A stretch of DNA of 32,000 nucleotides from Promethearchaeum syntrophicum (GTDB lineage: Archaea; Asgardarchaeota; Lokiarchaeia; Sigyniarchaeales; Promethearchaeaceae). A program made the position numbers and the translations under genes. Below, piece by piece: positions 16,399-25,769 of this stretch. The stretch's first letter is position 1; each line of letters begins with the position of its first letter. Under the pieces are notes generated by a model. The model searched no databases. It saw only the letters and a program-made list of their open reading frames with translations, and had not been told where the DNA came from. The stretch covers positions 1,770,001 through 1,802,000 of the forward strand of contig NZ_CP042905.2 of the NCBI RefSeq assembly GCF_008000775.2, written 5' to 3'.

Positions 16399-17529
16399 AT
16401 GAAAAAGATGGATTTGAACGAAGATAAAAGAAAACTAAAAAAACCTTCCCATATACTGAAAGATCCTAAATATATTTTTGACGAAGTGAATGAAAATTCT
16501 TCCCATTTACTTATTAATTACATTGTTCCCAAAATGGCACATCATATTATAACAACCAAAAAGTTATATCCTGATGCAGTAATTGTCAATCTTTATGATT
16601 ATCCTGAAGGAAGTTTAAACGATTTAAAAGACCTACCAGATGAAATGCCTCATCTTAAAACTTTATCACTTTTAGATACTCAAATATCAAATTTAAATTA
16701 TATTCCTAAAAACCTTCCTTCGTTGCGAACTTTCGCTATTCGTGATTCATTTTTTACATCTTTTAAAGGTTCTCTCAAATCCTTAAAAGGATTACCTACA
16801 AAATTTCCTTCACTTGAGACATTTTCGATTCATAATTGCCCCATTCTAACCTTAGAAAATATACCATCCTCTTTACCGAAGTTAAAAAAATTTGCAGTAG
16901 TTGGATGTTTACTCAAAAATTTGCGAAATTTTCCCACGAATGTGCCCAATCTAAAAGAACTCTCTCTTGGGAGCAACCAACTCACTTCATTGAAAGGTTT
17001 ACCTCAAAATTTACCTCATCTGAAGAAATTGAACGTATCTGGAAATGAGTTAAGTTCTTTGAAGTCTCTCCCTAAATTTATTGATAAGCCCATAAATCTT
17101 GGTCTAACCCACAACCCTCTCCGCTCTTTATGCTACCTAAAACATGAATTTACCCTCAAACAAATATACCTTCATGAATTCAAACGGGTCGGCTTCAACT
17201 TAAATCCACGGTTTTTACAATTGTTAAAAGATTATTGCGTTCCCATCGAAGAAACCGTTGAAGATCCGGGAGTAATTGGATATTATGATTCCAACGTCTT
17301 AACTAAGATTAAAAAATATTATGAGAAACCTACAATCGAACTTATTGAACAATTTATCTCCAAATCCGAATCTATTAACGAAGAGGAACTCGATCGAATC
17401 ATTTGGGAGGCTGATTTAGAAGATCGTAAATTACTCGAATCACATCTCCCGAAAGATAGCCCCATACTGCAAAAAATTAACCAACGTTTATCGATCAATC
17501 TATCTTCAGGTCTCAAAATTTATAAATAA
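16399..17529 (+). CDS. Leucine-rich-repeat protein, no signal peptide seen
   Basis: Repeats LPDEMPHLKTLSLLDTQISNLNYIPKNLPSLRTFAI..., LPTKFPSLETFSIHNCPILTLENIPSSLPKLKKFAV, FPTNVPNLKELSLGSNQLTSLKGLPQNLPHLKKLNVSGNELSSLKSLP. Confidence 0.85.
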   Translation: MKKMDLNEDKRKLKKPSHILKDPKYIFDEVNENSSHLLINYIVPKMAHHIITTKKLYPDAVIVNLYDYPEGSLNDLKDLPDEMPHLKTLSLLDTQISNLNYIPKNLPSLRTFAIRDSFFTSFKGSLKSLKGLPTKFPSLETFSIHNCPILTLENIPSSLPKLKKFAVVGCLLKNLRNFPTNVPNLKELSLGSNQLTSLKGLPQNLPHLKKLNVSGNELSSLKSLPKFIDKPINLGLTHNPLRSLCYLKHEFTLKQIYLHEFKRVGFNLNPRFLQLLKDYCVPIEETVEDPGVIGYYDSNVLTKIKKYYEKPTIELIEQFISKSESINEEELDRIIWEADLEDRKLLESHLPKDSPILQKINQRLSINLSSGLKIYK

Positions 17530-17572
17530 CAGTAACAAAAAGAAATTTTGAAAAAAAAAGGGTGCGAGATTA

Positions 17573-18025
17573 TTAATTCGGGCTAATTTTATCCAGATCG
17601 GATAAATCTAAGCCGGCTCCAATATCTTCAGGCATTTCTGATAGGAATTCATCCAAAATTTCTCTAAGTTCCTCACCCGAACGCTTAAGTACGAGTCTAA
17701 TCAACCCCAAATTTACATCAACATCGGAAATTAAACATAAAACTCCCTTCCCGCAACTAGCTGCAAAAATCTTGCCCCCGTCAAATTCAGATGTGACTAT
17801 TTGAAGACCGCCAAGTTCCAAATTATTGCCTTGCTCCTCAGAAGCGCAAAATACAGCGCTTGCAATAGCTCCGATCCCATCTACATCTAACGGAATGTAC
17901 GAGAACTTGGAGACGTGGGCGATTGTTAGCCCGGTTTTGTCAACGAGAATAACTTTACGAATCCCTGACTCAGATTTAATAATTTTACTTAAAATCGTAT
18001 TAAATGATTGTGTTGAAAGTGCCAT
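17573..18025 (-). CDS. Roadblock/LC7 domain protein
   Basis: 150 aa: FNTILSKIIKSESGIRKVILVDKTGLTIAHVSKF..DVDGIGAIASAVFCASEEQGNNLELGGLQIVTSEFDGGKIFAASCGKGVLCLISDVDVNLGLIRLVLKRSGEEL, the classic Roadblock/MglB-like pattern. Confidence 0.85.
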   Translation of the reverse strand: MALSTQSFNTILSKIIKSESGIRKVILVDKTGLTIAHVSKFSYIPLDVDGIGAIASAVFCASEEQGNNLELGGLQIVTSEFDGGKIFAASCGKGVLCLISDVDVNLGLIRLVLKRSGEELREILDEFLSEMPEDIGAGLDLSDLDKISPN

Positions 18026-18187
18026 TTTTTTTTTAATATCTCCGATTTTACAAATACTTAATTAAAATAATCACTGTTTAACCTTAAAAATTTTGGTAAG
18101 ACCTTTCATTTCCTATTTTTATTGTGAAAAAAGGTCATATATAGAAAATTTAGCACTATTTTTTTTTTTTTGAAAAAGATTATTTTA

Positions 18188-18499
18188 TTATAAAAATGCT
18201 TCTTCATCAGTGGTTGCGACTTCATAATAGATTTGAGTCAATGCGTCTTTGGCATCTGCCCACCGTTTGGAATCTCCACTTGTTAAATCATCAAGATATC
18301 TTTCAAGCATTTTCATAGTCGCATTACGTTCTCGTTTGACATGAATATTTAGACACACTTCTAAGTCAATAATATCATAAATTCCGAGAGTAGATAAAAT
18401 TTTTTTGACTAATTCATCATCAGGTTTCTCTAGTTCTTTAAATTGTTTAATATCTTCCCGTATTTTGTTAACGTCAACGTTTTTGATCATTTTTATCAT
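18188..18499 (-). CDS. Small helical protein of unknown function
   Basis: 103 aa, no overlapping alternative; sits between roadblock and aspS in the same orientation. Confidence 0.6.
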   Translation of the reverse strand: MIKMIKNVDVNKIREDIKQFKELEKPDDELVKKILSTLGIYDIIDLEVCLNIHVKRERNATMKMLERYLDDLTSGDSKRWADAKDALTQIYYEVATTDEEAFL

Positions 18500-18574
18500 T
18501 TGAGTTTTTCATAATTAATTAAATAAAAAAATTTATGTAAAAAAGTAAAAAGGAAAGCAAAATTTCTTGGAAAT

Positions 18575-19903
18575 CTAAGGATCTAACCGATCAGGAGTCC
18601 GTGGATACATAATACACTCTTTAATTTGGTTTATTCCAGTGAGCACTTGCAACCACCGTGCAATCCCCAATCCAGCCCCTGCATGAGGTGGCATTCCATA
18701 CTCGAATGCTTGGAGATGACTTTTAAAATCTTCGGGATTAAGCCCTTTATCAATGAGGTTTTGTTTTAGTAAATTCCTGTCATGAACTCTTGTGCCACCC
18801 GACGAAAGTTCTAACCATCCTTTTTGCAAATCAAATCCTTCGCTAATTGTAGGATCATCTAAATCGTGCATTATATAAAACGGTTTTATACTCATTGGCC
18901 AGTGTGTTATAAAATAATATCCCGGTAAGATTTCACCCAGTTTTCTTGAGGCTTCAGTGTCAAAATCTTCCCCAAATTCAATTTTCATATCTGCTTTTTC
19001 TTCTAACAATGTTAACAGTTCTTGATATGTATAACGAGGGAAGGGAATCTTTGGAATTTTGAATTCTTCCCACTGACCTAGAAGAATTAAATCATCTTTA
19101 CATTGTTTTTTAATTTGCTTTAGAACATGCTGAACAAGTCCTTCTAAAGCGGTTAAAACATCATCAAAATTTGCAAAGGTTAATTCTATATCAAGTTGAT
19201 AAATTTCGCAGACATGCCTGTTTGTAAATGATTTTTCTGCCCGGAAACAAGGTCCGATTTCAAATACATTTTCAAAGACTCCGCACAACCTTTCTTTATA
19301 TAATTGCGCGCTCTGAGATAAATACGCATCTTTCTCAAAATATTTGATTGGGAAGAGTTCTGTTCCTCCTTCTGTGGCGCTTGCGATTATTTTTGGAGTA
19401 AATATTTCTGTATATTTATTTTTAACTAAAAATTTTCTAATCTCATTAAGTAAAACAGAGTTAATGCGAAATATTGCTTGATTTTGTGGATGTCTAAGGT
19501 CTAATGAGCGGTGATTTAAGCGAGTATCCAAATCAGACATTGTTTTTCCCGTCATATCCACGGGTAATTGTTCAATTGCTGTATTTAAAATTTTTATTTC
19601 AATTGGAATAAGCTCCACTCCTTGTGGAGCCTTTTCGAACAATGTAACTTTTGCTTTTATTAGTAAGCACCATTGATTTCCAATATTTTTTATTTTTTCA
19701 AAGAGCTCATCGGAAACAACTCCTTTTTTAGCAGTGAGCTGGACAGTTCCAAATTTATCTTGCAATACAATGAATGTCATTTTTCCCAATTTTCGTATTC
19801 GGGAAACCCATCCACCAACAACTACTTCTTTATTGTTCAATTTTTGCGATAATTCTGAAGAATAATGAGTTTTTCTGAGAGATCCTAGTTGTTCTAATTC
19901 CAT
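18575..19903 (-). CDS. aspS: Archaeal-type aspartyl-tRNA synthetase (class II)
   Basis: VVVGGWVSRIRKLGKMTFIVLQDKFGTVQ anticodon-binding OB fold; RLNHRSLDLRHP, FTPKIIASATEGGTELFPIKYF, CFRAEKSFTNRHVCEIYQLDIE, and motif 3 GAGLGIARWLQVLTGINQIKECIMYPRTPDRLDP. Confidence 0.97.
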   Translation of the reverse strand: MELEQLGSLRKTHYSSELSQKLNNKEVVVGGWVSRIRKLGKMTFIVLQDKFGTVQLTAKKGVVSDELFEKIKNIGNQWCLLIKAKVTLFEKAPQGVELIPIEIKILNTAIEQLPVDMTGKTMSDLDTRLNHRSLDLRHPQNQAIFRINSVLLNEIRKFLVKNKYTEIFTPKIIASATEGGTELFPIKYFEKDAYLSQSAQLYKERLCGVFENVFEIGPCFRAEKSFTNRHVCEIYQLDIELTFANFDDVLTALEGLVQHVLKQIKKQCKDDLILLGQWEEFKIPKIPFPRYTYQELLTLLEEKADMKIEFGEDFDTEASRKLGEILPGYYFITHWPMSIKPFYIMHDLDDPTISEGFDLQKGWLELSSGGTRVHDRNLLKQNLIDKGLNPEDFKSHLQAFEYGMPPHAGAGLGIARWLQVLTGINQIKECIMYPRTPDRLDP

Positions 19904-19948
19904 AAGGGGAAATATTTCTGATTAATTTTCAACTTTACGCTTATTCAT

Positions 19949-21346
19949 CTAATTTGATTTCCTTAATTCATTTAATAGAATTGTTGCGTATGAACCTTTC
20001 GGGAGTGAAAATTCCAATTTTATGCCATTTGGATCTAAATTTGGATAATTATTGGTTATAAATGCTTGATTAACTTGAAGATTTAATGGACGAATAAAAA
20101 TTGCTCGAGTAGTTCCCTCAAAATTATATAATCTCCTTTCATTTAGCATGAAATCTGAAAGAATAAATTGTTCTTCGTTCAAAATCTCTTTATAAATTTC
20201 ATCAAATACTGGATAATCTGATAAATTTGTTTTATACCCTAGCACCGGGGCAAGAATTGTTGCACGTTCTCGTTGGAATGCTTTTTCAATATTTTGATCA
20301 TTCCAACCATTTCCCCCTTCATATAAGTATTTGACGAGTGAAGGACTTCCTTTAATGTCTTTTAAAATTGCAATTTTATCTCCTTTAATCGGAGTAGATA
20401 GAGGATATCCCTTTTTTAATCTTTTCGAGACTGCTTTATTGAACAAGAAAGATTGATAAGAAGATATAATAAGGTTGCATAATGAAATGGGGAGTGCTAA
20501 GTAAGCTTTTTTATAATCTAATTCTTCTGAAAGTTGCTCAATTACCATTTTTTCATAAAACAAGCTATTAGGGCACTCTTTTAAACCTTTTTCATAATTA
20601 CGTTCTTTTTCCAACTTCATTCGAAAAAGGGCGTTAGATTCATATTCTTTTGGATAAACGTGAAATAGAAATTCTTGGATAGCTTCTTGAAATTTACCTT
20701 TAAGGAATAATTTGCCAATTTTATGCGAGTTAGGACGATGTTGACCAAATCGCTGCATTCCATAGTAATTAGGAAATCCGATTTTATTTATTTTTTCCGC
20801 CCAAAGATTTAATATTTCCTTTATTTCGTCGTATGGTTTAATTGAGTATCGAATATTAATAGTAAATTGATTTCCCCAAAGGTTTCCTAATTCCATTCCT
20901 TTTCTAGATGAACGGATTTTAGTTAAAAATATATTTTTATGTTCAAAATTATTTAATCTTGCAAGATTATTTCCCTTAACTGAAAATTTCTGTGCTGTAA
21001 TTGCCGAATGGTCTTTAATACCGTTCCATTTTATAAATTTTAGCGGTATATTAAGATATTTCTCAAGAATCTTTGCAGCAATTATTGTGTCTGTATTTTT
21101 TTTGATTAAAGTAAATGTTGTATATCTATCTTTTCCTGATTCAAAATTCTGATTTGAATTTGATTTTTTATCTTCAAAGGTGGATAAAATTTCTCCAGAT
21201 GGTAATATTTCGCGAACAATGAAATCGCTAATATCTGTTTTGATTCTACCTCCAAGAGGTGGTGTATCAGTCACAAAGCGTTCTAAGCCAACTTGATGTC
21301 TTTGAGAAATTGATTTTGAATCTTTATTTTGTGGATTTTGTGCCAT
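19949..21346 (-). CDS. truD: tRNA pseudouridine synthase D (TruD family)
   Basis: FIKWNGIKDHSAITAQKFSVKG (catalytic Asp motif of TruD), FPNYYGMQRFG, GFNLSDYPVFDEIYKEIL, GTTRAIFIRPLN, FSLPKGSYATILLNEL. Confidence 0.93.
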   Translation of the reverse strand: MAQNPQNKDSKSISQRHQVGLERFVTDTPPLGGRIKTDISDFIVREILPSGEILSTFEDKKSNSNQNFESGKDRYTTFTLIKKNTDTIIAAKILEKYLNIPLKFIKWNGIKDHSAITAQKFSVKGNNLARLNNFEHKNIFLTKIRSSRKGMELGNLWGNQFTINIRYSIKPYDEIKEILNLWAEKINKIGFPNYYGMQRFGQHRPNSHKIGKLFLKGKFQEAIQEFLFHVYPKEYESNALFRMKLEKERNYEKGLKECPNSLFYEKMVIEQLSEELDYKKAYLALPISLCNLIISSYQSFLFNKAVSKRLKKGYPLSTPIKGDKIAILKDIKGSPSLVKYLYEGGNGWNDQNIEKAFQRERATILAPVLGYKTNLSDYPVFDEIYKEILNEEQFILSDFMLNERRLYNFEGTTRAIFIRPLNLQVNQAFITNNYPNLDPNGIKLEFSLPKGSYATILLNELRKSN

Positions 21347-21414
21347 TTCAGCCGCAACACCAAGGAAAATTAGTTGTTAATCAATAAAAAAAAAATGAGA
21401 AGTAAAAAAAAATT

Positions 21415-21831
21415 CTATACTCTTCTTCCCCTTCTTCCACCCTTTCGGCGTGTGCCATCATGAGCTAGTGGGGTTACTTCCATAATTCTACCAATTCGTA
21501 AACCAGATCTGGAAAGTGCTCGGATTGCTGCTTGTGCTCCTGGGCCTGGTGTTTTTGCCTTACGTCCTCCTGGAGCACGTACTTTGATGTGAATTCCGTT
21601 AATTCCTTTATCTTTAAGAGTCTGGGCGGCTCTTGATCCACATTGCATTGCTGCGTATGGTTTTGCTTCATCTCGGTCGCTTTTCACCACCATTCCTCCC
21701 GAAATTCGTACGAATGTTTCACTTCCACTAATATCTGTGATGGTAAGGATGGTATCGTTGTAACTGGCAAAGATGTGGGCGATTCCCCTGCGCATTTTCT
21801 TTGGATCATTATAATCGCTATATTTTCCCAT
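21415..21831 (-). CDS. rps11: Small ribosomal subunit protein uS11
   Basis: [48 protein letters not shown]...[11 protein letters not shown]...[44 protein letters not shown]. Confidence 0.98.
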   Translation of the reverse strand: MGKYSDYNDPKKMRRGIAHIFASYNDTILTITDISGSETFVRISGGMVVKSDRDEAKPYAAMQCGSRAAQTLKDKGINGIHIKVRAPGGRKAKTPGPGAQAAIRALSRSGLRIGRIMEVTPLAHDGTRRKGGRRGRRV

Positions 21832-21833
21832 TT

Positions 21834-22391
21834 TCAGAATTCCTCCACAGCTTTACTATCAGCAGAACTCTTAAGACTTTGTGATCCCCAAATCTTAGAA
21901 CTATCTTTATAATAAGGGGAGTTTAGAGCATATTTAATTTGTTCTTCATCTTTTTTCTTGACAATATATGAAGGGGAATCAATAGTGTTGCCTGCTACAG
22001 ATATATGTCTATGAGTAATTAACTGTCTAGCTTGAATTATTGACTTTGCTAACCCTAATTTGAATACGAATGTCTGTAATCTTCGTTCTAAAATATTTTC
22101 AATTGTAAGACTTAAAACATCATCAGTTGAAGCATCTTCTGATACAAGATTTAATTTTGCAACACTATCTCGTAAATCTGCAAATCGGATTTTCTGAATA
22201 GCTTCAGGAAGGGCCCGATTTTCACGAGCCAATTGTCTAAAATGTGACAATGCAAATTTATGTTTTCTTAACTCTCGTTTATTTCTTAATCCATATTTTC
22301 CGAGTAGCTCTAGCTCCTCAACCAAACGATCTTTTTCGTATGGATTGTTCGGAGTTTTATATTTTTTTTTTAATCTTCTTGGATCTCCCAT
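21834..22391 (-). CDS. rps4: Small ribosomal subunit protein uS4
   Basis: [43 protein letters not shown]...[33 protein letters not shown]. Confidence 0.98.
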   Translation of the reverse strand: MGDPRRLKKKYKTPNNPYEKDRLVEELELLGKYGLRNKRELRKHKFALSHFRQLARENRALPEAIQKIRFADLRDSVAKLNLVSEDASTDDVLSLTIENILERRLQTFVFKLGLAKSIIQARQLITHRHISVAGNTIDSPSYIVKKKDEEQIKYALNSPYYKDSSKIWGSQSLKSSADSKAVEEF

Positions 22392-22393
22392 TA

Positions 22394-22891
22394 TTAAGCA
22401 CCCTTCTTTTTCATGTCTTTCCTATAATATCCAACAACTAATCCTCTTCGACCTGTTGTTCTTGTTCTCTGTCCTCTGACTTTGAGACCGTACATATGTC
22501 GAATTCCTTTCCACGATCTGGTTCTTTTCATTTTATCAATATCATATTTTAATAGAAGTTCAAGATCTGTTCCAGAGATGTGTCGGTTTTCTCCAGTTCT
22601 AATGTCTTTCTGACGATTGACCATCCAATTTGGAATTCCATATTTTACGGGGTCTTTAATAATGTCTACAAGCTTTTGTTGTTGTTCTTCAGTAATCAAT
22701 CCAATTCTGAGATCGGGATCCAATCCTGCTACATGTACAATTGCTTGCGCCAACCGTCTACCTACTCCACGAATTTGAGATAATCCAAAAGGGATCTTTC
22801 GGTGTCCCTCAATACTCGTTCCTAATATTCGGAGTAAATTACGGAATTCTACATTTTTCTGATAATACTCTTTTTCTAATTTTTGTGGCAC
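22394..22891 (-). CDS. rps13: Small ribosomal subunit protein uS13
   Basis: FRNLLRILGTSIEGHRKIPFGLSQIRGVGRRLAQAI...TGENRHISGTDLE...GIRHMYGLKVRGQRTRTTGRRG. Confidence 0.98.
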   Translation of the reverse strand: MPQKLEKEYYQKNVEFRNLLRILGTSIEGHRKIPFGLSQIRGVGRRLAQAIVHVAGLDPDLRIGLITEEQQQKLVDIIKDPVKYGIPNWMVNRQKDIRTGENRHISGTDLELLLKYDIDKMKRTRSWKGIRHMYGLKVRGQRTRTTGRRGLVVGYYRKDMKKKGA

Positions 22892-22992
22892 AGTGATATA
22901 ACACCTTGCAAATTTTTTGCTAACGAAGCAAATTAAACATAAAATTTATGTTTTGTGAATTTTATTTAAAATACTCAATAATACTTCAAATT

Positions 22993-24426
22993 TTATAATT
23001 TAAAAGAAGATCTTGAATTTTGAAAATCAACTATCTTTTTAAATGTACATACGATTTCCCGTTCTGAGTGGAAAAGAGGTATTTGAATATCTTGAAATAT
23101 CTTTTCCGCTTCCAAAATATCTGATTTTTCACCAAAAAGCCAAAGAAAAATAGGTTTTTTATGTTTATCAATAATGTCCTTCAATTTATACCAATCAACT
23201 TTCCATGCTGTTGCATTATGATACGCTGCAACGAAAATGGCTTGAATTCTTGGACTTGATAAAGCAATGTCGATGCAGTCCAATAAGACTTTTTGATAAT
23301 CACCTCTAGCATGTTCTACAGCGGGCCAGTAATCGATTAATGCATGTGAAGCGGGTGGCATCCATGGAGGATATAATTTTGCAAGTTTGTTATACGTATC
23401 CGAATCTAAAACAGGTATTTTTACTCCATATTTATAGCTCCAATCAGCCATAATTGCACCAGCCGCTCCTGAGATAGTTATTACCCCTGCAGCGGGATTT
23501 GTTATTGGATTAATTTGTGTATCTTTGATGAAACTTAGAGTTTTTGCCAGATTAAAAAGATCCCAAAAGTCATCGGCAAGAATACAATGACTTTGAGCAA
23601 TCACCGCCTTAATTAGTTCTGATTTTTCCGCTAAAGCCCCGGTATGTGAATTTGTAGCTTTTGATCCAATTGGAGAAAATCCAGATCGCAGTAAAACAAT
23701 TTTTTTATGATTTTCTCTGGCTTGGTGGCATAACGCTATAAAACGACGCACATTTTGAAATGATTCAACATATATACCAATTGTTGCTACTTTATCATCT
23801 TGAATTAAGTATTCTAAGATATCATTTTCATTAATATCCATTTTATTACCGATTGTAATTACATATCTTACTCCCAAATTTGGATTCATGCTTGTAAAAT
23901 ATGGATAATAAGCACCATTTATAAAACCAGATTGAGAGACAATAGCTAAAGAACCTGCTTTTGTCTTACCCATGGGAATAAACGAGCTAAAAAGACCTTC
24001 ACCATTCTTTTCAACGAAGGTAATTCCTGTACAATTTGGACCTAAAATACGTATTTTCTTAAAGTTCTCAGTTATCTCTCGAATTTCCGTTCTGAGTTTC
24101 TTTCCTACTTCCACTTCTCCAAATCCAGCTGCTTCAATTATTGCTGCTTTTACTCCTTTCTTGATGCAGTCTTTAATAATCTGAACTGCTTTAGAGCTAG
24201 GAACATATAAAATTGCGAGGTCAATTGGATTTTCAACTTCATCTATGGATTTGTAGAGGTCTAACCCTAAGATTTTTCCACCTTTTGGATTAATGGGATA
24301 AATTTTGCCTTCAAAATTATGATCTATAATGTTTTGGAGGAGTTTATATCCACTTTTGTTTGGGTTAGTAGAAGCTCCGAAAAGTGCAATAGATTTCGGT
24401 TTAAAAAAGGAGGTTAATTCAAACAT
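22993..24426 (-). CDS. ADP-forming acyl-CoA synthetase alpha-subunit-like protein (CoA-binding/succinyl-CoA ligase-like)
   Basis: FFKPKSIALFGASTNPNKSGYKLLQNI, YPINPKGGKILG, ILGPNCTGI, AIVSQSGF, SKATNSHTGALAEK (His-containing motif). No ATP-grasp domain in this 477-aa ORF. Confidence 0.85.
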   Translation of the reverse strand: MFELTSFFKPKSIALFGASTNPNKSGYKLLQNIIDHNFEGKIYPINPKGGKILGLDLYKSIDEVENPIDLAILYVPSSKAVQIIKDCIKKGVKAAIIEAAGFGEVEVGKKLRTEIREITENFKKIRILGPNCTGITFVEKNGEGLFSSFIPMGKTKAGSLAIVSQSGFINGAYYPYFTSMNPNLGVRYVITIGNKMDINENDILEYLIQDDKVATIGIYVESFQNVRRFIALCHQARENHKKIVLLRSGFSPIGSKATNSHTGALAEKSELIKAVIAQSHCILADDFWDLFNLAKTLSFIKDTQINPITNPAAGVITISGAAGAIMADWSYKYGVKIPVLDSDTYNKLAKLYPPWMPPASHALIDYWPAVEHARGDYQKVLLDCIDIALSSPRIQAIFVAAYHNATAWKVDWYKLKDIIDKHKKPIFLWLFGEKSDILEAEKIFQDIQIPLFHSEREIVCTFKKIVDFQNSRSSFKL

Positions 24427-24436
24427 TTTCTTTCAT

Positions 24437-25708
24437 TTAATTTGGGATAATAATCTTAATTTTTACTTCTTCTCCGATTTGTTCTTCAATTTTTTTTTGC
24501 AAATCGTCTCGATCACTAGATATTTTACTTAAAAGCTCCTTATATTCACGTTTACGATGTTTTAAATCTTTTGAGAAATGTTCTACATCTAAAGTTAATG
24601 TTGAAATTTTATTTTTTAGGTCTGTTCTTTTCTGTTCTATACCTTTATTTTTTAATATTCCTCTAATTTCTTCTTTTCTTATTTTAATCTCCAAATTTTC
24701 ATTTATTAAGGGTTCTAATTTATTTTCACTAACTATTTGGTTAATATTAACAATAATTTTGTTTCTCAAATCCTTTTTTAATTTTAAAGGATCTTTTTCA
24801 TCTTCTAATATTAATCTTGTTTTAATTAAAATATCTCGTAATCTATTGAGTTTAGGACCTTCATTTAAAATTGTCTTAACAGGATCTTTTATATATGGAC
24901 GAATATCATTATCTGTAATTCCACGCGCATTAATTGTACCTTTTTCAAGGGATTTTTTTAATTTCTTGAATGCTTTTTTAAATTTCAAGTAATCTCTAAG
25001 ATTATTGGATTTTACTGTTTCTTCTTGTTCTATTTTTTCAAACAATTGCAAATCAGCATCTTCACTTAATTTCAATAAATCATTTTCATGAATTGTTAAA
25101 TTATTCTTCATGTCGTTTAGCTCTTCATCCATTCCATCGATTTTTCCTTTAATAGAACCAAGGCGTTCTATATTGTGAGTTAATTGAGGAATGTTTTTTA
25201 TCTCATTTTCTGCTATTTTTCCATCTTGATAATTTTTGCGTAAAAATTTTCCTATCTTTTGAGTTAGATCACCAATTTTACGAAGATGCAAATCAACTTC
25301 TTTTATTTCAATTTTAAATTGCTTTCCAAATCTAGGGATCGCTTTTCGGCCCTGAGAATTGTAAACAGAGTATAATTTCTTAATGCTATCACAATATTTC
25401 TGAGAGTTCTCATAAGAAATATCTTTAATATGTATGGAGGGAATTCTTATTTCATCTAAATTTTCGACTACCGAATCAACAAAACGTTCTAAAATTTTTT
25501 GAGTTTTATCATCGAGTTTGGTTTCTTCGCTTTGAAAGTCTCTGTCTTTCCATGTTTTAATTGAATTTCTTGCTTGACCAAGTTCTTTCTCACTTAGGCT
25601 AAAAAATTTACTTAGAACTTTATGTTCTCGTTTAAAACGGATTTTTAATTGGTCTAAGTACCAATTTTCAACCTCTTCTAATGAAATTTCTTGCATTTCT
25701 ATATACAA
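24437..25708 (-). CDS. Long coiled-coil protein of unknown function
   Basis: 423 aa, dominated by charged heptad-like segments (LKHRKREYKELLSKISSDRDDLQKKIEEQIGEEVKIKIIIPN). Confidence 0.75.
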   Translation of the reverse strand: MYIEMQEISLEEVENWYLDQLKIRFKREHKVLSKFFSLSEKELGQARNSIKTWKDRDFQSEETKLDDKTQKILERFVDSVVENLDEIRIPSIHIKDISYENSQKYCDSIKKLYSVYNSQGRKAIPRFGKQFKIEIKEVDLHLRKIGDLTQKIGKFLRKNYQDGKIAENEIKNIPQLTHNIERLGSIKGKIDGMDEELNDMKNNLTIHENDLLKLSEDADLQLFEKIEQEETVKSNNLRDYLKFKKAFKKLKKSLEKGTINARGITDNDIRPYIKDPVKTILNEGPKLNRLRDILIKTRLILEDEKDPLKLKKDLRNKIIVNINQIVSENKLEPLINENLEIKIRKEEIRGILKNKGIEQKRTDLKNKISTLTLDVEHFSKDLKHRKREYKELLSKISSDRDDLQKKIEEQIGEEVKIKIIIPN

Positions 25709-25769
25709 AAAAAGGTATTTTCCCTTATTTATTATTTTGTAGGTTTACTTTTTTTATTTTTTTACTAGT

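Noticed and set aside
21474-21912. Minus ORF 21474..21671 and plus ORF 21643..21912
   Set aside because: Alternate-frame or antisense overlaps with uS11/uS4, which are certain.
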